From: Macrostomum lignano
Lineage: Eukaryota
Length of the DNA: 57,374 nt
Reading direction: 5' to 3'
NCBI GenBank assembly: GCA_002269645.1
Contig: NIVC01002539.1
Coordinates: 1-57,374, forward strand
Part shown: positions 55,201 through 57,374 of the stretch, piece by piece
Position numbering within the stretch: position 1 is the first letter of the stretch
How the letters are laid out: each line of letters opens with the position of its first letter
The notes under the pieces: generated by a model
What the model saw: the letters and a program-made list of their open reading frames with translations, nothing else
The model's database searches: none
Told to the model about the DNA's origin: nothing
Position numbers and translations under genes: made by a program

Positions 55201-55768
55201 TGAGCTTGACTCGCATTCGGCATCCGCAAGCAGCGGCATTGAGTCGCACAAGCTCCATTTAATTCGAGTCATGGCCGGGCTCTTCATAAAGATCAGAATG
55301 AAAAAACTAGCTAAAGAACTTTCTCGCGCAGGAAGAAGACCAGGAAGGAGGCAGAGACTACTTCGAGCAGCGATATTTCTTAATCTATAGTATATTCGAA
55401 ACCAGGTGAGCTATTTATATACTTTTATTACTGCTTCTATGCTATCAGCAACAACAAAAAGGTCTCATTTTGTCTGCAAGCGTTTTTGTACGGTTTTTTA
55501 GTTTTTAATAAATCGAAAAATAATACTGGATTTAAACTGTTAAATTGCTAGTTGCACATAAAGTTGGTTAAATGGTTAGCAATCCGTGTTCCATGGCAAA
55601 AGGCAACAATTAATACAGCGGGCCCAATGACAGAGGGGTTGGAAGGGAAAGGAAGCCAAAAATATCGATCGTGAGGGGGTGGGAGCTGGGGTGCCATTTT
55701 TCCTACTTGGAAAGAGGCACACATTTCTTGCCCCACACGCGCAGTCTAGTTATACTTATTGGTCTGTG
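52287..55768 (+). mobile_element. Complete P-superfamily (THAP9/Galileo-like) DNA transposon, 3482 bp
   Basis: Perfect 30-bp TIR CACAGACCAATAAGTATAACTAGACTGCGC. 7-bp TSD GTTGGGG (52280-52286 and 55769-55775), with the empty site preserved in the left arm. Perfect 20-bp subterminal inverted repeat at 52394-52413 and 55653-55672. Confidence 0.96.
52565..55390 (+). CDS. P-element/THAP9-type transposase, 941 aa, intronless
   Basis: THAP zinc finger CCAAGC...W...CSMHF...AVPSIF, coiled coil, LHFYSPKAYAYVR, ADEMSL, TCDG, DVPHMLKLIRN, KMKVYLASQLFS and KLSQDFLELFF. Confidence 0.96.
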   Translation: MEEQPESSKLPRKRKGNYGSFCCAAGCSNNSAMSLAGVSFHTFPKDKEIRKKWLIALKRKDFEPSPCSMHFEESCFKEQFAGFLPSVKRRLYPNAVPSIFPAFPDHLQPKAEKKRKTATAAAAREVDFAAFCKSTESSEPEAPVAAKEDEDPGPDIHVNCVPREEFDKKVRALKNLRRRYRRLLSTHSRFKKSAKAVEILRRSLQSKYRKIRSLRSKHRQIKQRAKTLKDVIRELRAKCILNEAAASRLNFLTSDSLLSSILPSKITKRTRIFSHEVRKFASTLHFYSPKAYAYVRQYFQLPHPASLRRWLSNAKCLPGFCDQAFQELSRRRSSNDDRSFDYCNVVADEMSLEAMVEWNSNEGSFFGYVDKGDGKSTDQEATSALVVMAVGLKSYWKLPLGYFLVSGVDGEFLSSVVEESIQRLYQVGVIASSFTCDGTQHNIRAIELLGARISSPNEIVSSFPHPCDPGIQVSAFLDVPHMLKLIRNQWQSLGTFVWPDRGNIDWKYVCTLQQVQESHGLRLGNKLSRHHINFANLKMKVYLASQLFSKSVADSLRWVHKQGLAGFDHSDVLVTADFIEHINDLFDAFNSKRLVNYGAKMALRADNQSDWIDFFTDSIQLLKSLETPARCKIVDTAKKTGFLGFITNCHAVIALAKYLFSTGEFFFLCTYKLSQDFLELFFNAVRLRNGWNHNPTPKQFRSAFRQLLVHAGGGILQSVSPNVKQQDATIQLSLSCLPSSAESAQKQWKMKVQNDMGLSLESIQHCMNASNCEICQSIVYYIAGAVVRSMLKVVECATCRSALTASSETPPAFRAPCSLVALKNVLNKEGTGGLIFPSSDVFRVLLSAESVIRRASYNSQFSSDVAVHETLRMSSNLFPELDSHSASASSGIESHKLHLIRVMAGLFIKIRMKKLAKELSRAGRRPGRRQRLLRAAIFLNL

Positions 55769-56877
55769 GTTGGGGGCGGTCGAGTAGGCCGGAACCCGCC
55801 GCTTCGATCTACCGCCCGACCGGTTTTAAGTCTGGCGTGTAAGTCTGACAACAGCAACAACAGTAGTAGCGGCAGCAGCAGCAGCAGCAGCAGTAGCATC
55901 AGTGGAGACACTAGCAGCGTTGACGACTTTCAAGGTTGGTGCGGCGGTAGCTACTGCGGCAATGAATGTTGCCAGCCCGGTAATGACTGTGGGCTGCTGG
56001 GCCAGCCCTTGCGAATATGCCGCAGTCGCCACCGCTGCCGCCGCGACTATTGAAGGCAGCAGCAGCAGTCTGAATCAGCAACCGCGGCAACTGAAGAATA
56101 AGAAGACGAGCCGCTGCCGATTGGGCATCAATTTAGCCCCTCGGATGGGGCTGCAGCAGCAGCAGCAGCAGCACAGTACTGACGCTGCTGCTAGTGAAAA
56201 GGCTGCTGTTGGTGCTGCTGACGACGATGGCGAGGCAACCTACCAAAGTTTTTGCGGCGTTGGTGCCGCGAGCCAGACTTGGACATGGTAAATAATTGCA
56301 TTTTATCCGAAAACTTTTCATTTAGCAACTAATTGCTGATTCAAAATTTCAATGCATTATAGCGGAAAACTTTCCCCGCCCATTCCCTTTTCTAGCTAGC
56401 CGACTATTGTTTTGGCAGCCGCTCTGAGGAGCGTGCGTATTACACGGCGGTGAAGGAGCGGCGGTGTATGAGGCTGACCTCCATGAGGAGGTCGCTGAAG
56501 AGTTGGACAGATTATTCCCCGGCTCGGGGCTTTGTTAATATTGTTGACAATTTAATGTTGTGTCTGCACGCATTTTTATTTTCATGCACCTTGTACATAT
56601 CTTGTTTTATATCAAGTGTTGTGTCTGCACTCAATCTAAATTTTCATGCACCCATAGTATATATCTCGACTCGCTATAAATGTTGTGTATGCACACTTAC
56701 GCTATCCACATGCACATTCTTTTCAAATAAATTGTTTTGCAAAATTTAAATATTGCGTTGAGATTTTTACCATTTTTTCGATTAATGAATATAGAATGAA
56801 AAAAAACTATAAACCATTCCGTGTGTAAACACTGTGACTGATTATAACCGCAAACCACCAATTCCAGCTACGTCATC

Positions 56878-57334
56878 ATGGCTGGCTTTAAAGGTGTCGC
56901 TGCTGACTGAAGGTGCCCGCCCGCCGGCTCGCCAGACGATCGGTTCTGTTGGCTACGATCTCTTTGCCTCTGAAGATGTGGTTGTCCGGGCAGGGTCGGT
57001 TGCGCAGGTGCCTCTCGGAATTTCGATCCAACCGCCTGATGGGACCTACGCTCGGATTGCCGGCCGGTCTGGGCTGGCGTTGCGCAAGTCTATACAAGTG
57101 GGCGCCGGCGTGATCGACCCTGACTATACTGGAGAATTGACTGTGGTGATATTTAATCATGGCAGTGCGACTGGTTCATAACTCGGGCTACCGTATCGCT
57201 CAATTAGTTTTGGAGCGTGTAATGATTGCTCCCGTAGTTGTAAGGGATCTCTATAGAGGAATGGCGAAGAGGAGGCCGCTGGCAGCCACTCAATTCGCGG
57301 TGCAGGAGGGTTTGGTAGTACAGGCTATAATTAA
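56878..57334 (+). pseudogene. dut: Second dUTPase copy with four single-G indels
   Basis: 457 nt versus 459 nt for the left copy: +G near 56884, -G near 57169, 57185 and 57258. Confidence 0.8.
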
Positions 57335-57374
57335 GTCTCAACTTGCTGTTGTCTCTTACTGTTTTTGCTCTCTT

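Larger units (their letters stand above)
52157..56538 (+). pseudogene. Second copy of the two-exon hypothetical gene, disrupted by the P insertion and small deletions
   Basis: ATG 52157, insertion after 52286, resumes 55769/55776, donor 56288, exon 56396-56538. Deletions near 56000, 56247 and 56464 relative to the left copy. Confidence 0.6.
51901..57374. repeat. Right arm of the inverted duplication, interrupted by the P element and running off the window end
   Basis: 51901-52286 and 55769-57374 match the reverse complement of the left arm with only scattered small differences. Confidence 0.95.

Noticed and set aside
49027-57374. One Galileo-like element with 1.6-kb dUTPase-containing TIRs around the P transposase
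   Set aside because: The P element has its own 30-bp TIRs and 7-bp TSD and sits asymmetrically inside the right arm, so it is a secondary insertion.

Overview
Eukaryotic (metazoan) genomic DNA with GC-rich exons, GT-AG introns and very dense tandem repeats. The style is consistent with a Macrostomum-like flatworm, but that is inference only. Hand-spliced, phase-consistent host genes: a 5-exon malic enzyme (minus, 587 aa), an intronless sigma-1 receptor/ERG2-family gene, an 18-exon copine (561 aa), a 2-exon calmodulin-like EF-hand gene and a DM9-repeat protein. Mobile elements: a complete 2979-bp PIF/Harbinger element (transposase plus Myb/SANT ORF) inserted in a CORE-like SINE inside a copine intron, two tRNA-derived SINE families, a hAT MITE, a mariner relic and a complete 3482-bp P/THAP9-type element. 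The most striking structure is at the right end: a near-perfect inverted duplication with arms of at least 2 kb around an 883-bp spacer. Each arm carries a two-exon orphan gene and an intronless, atypical (possibly virus-like) dUTPase, and the P element has inserted into the right arm. Most long ORFs in the supplied track are artefacts of tandem repeats. No rRNA, intact tRNA or CRISPR array was found.
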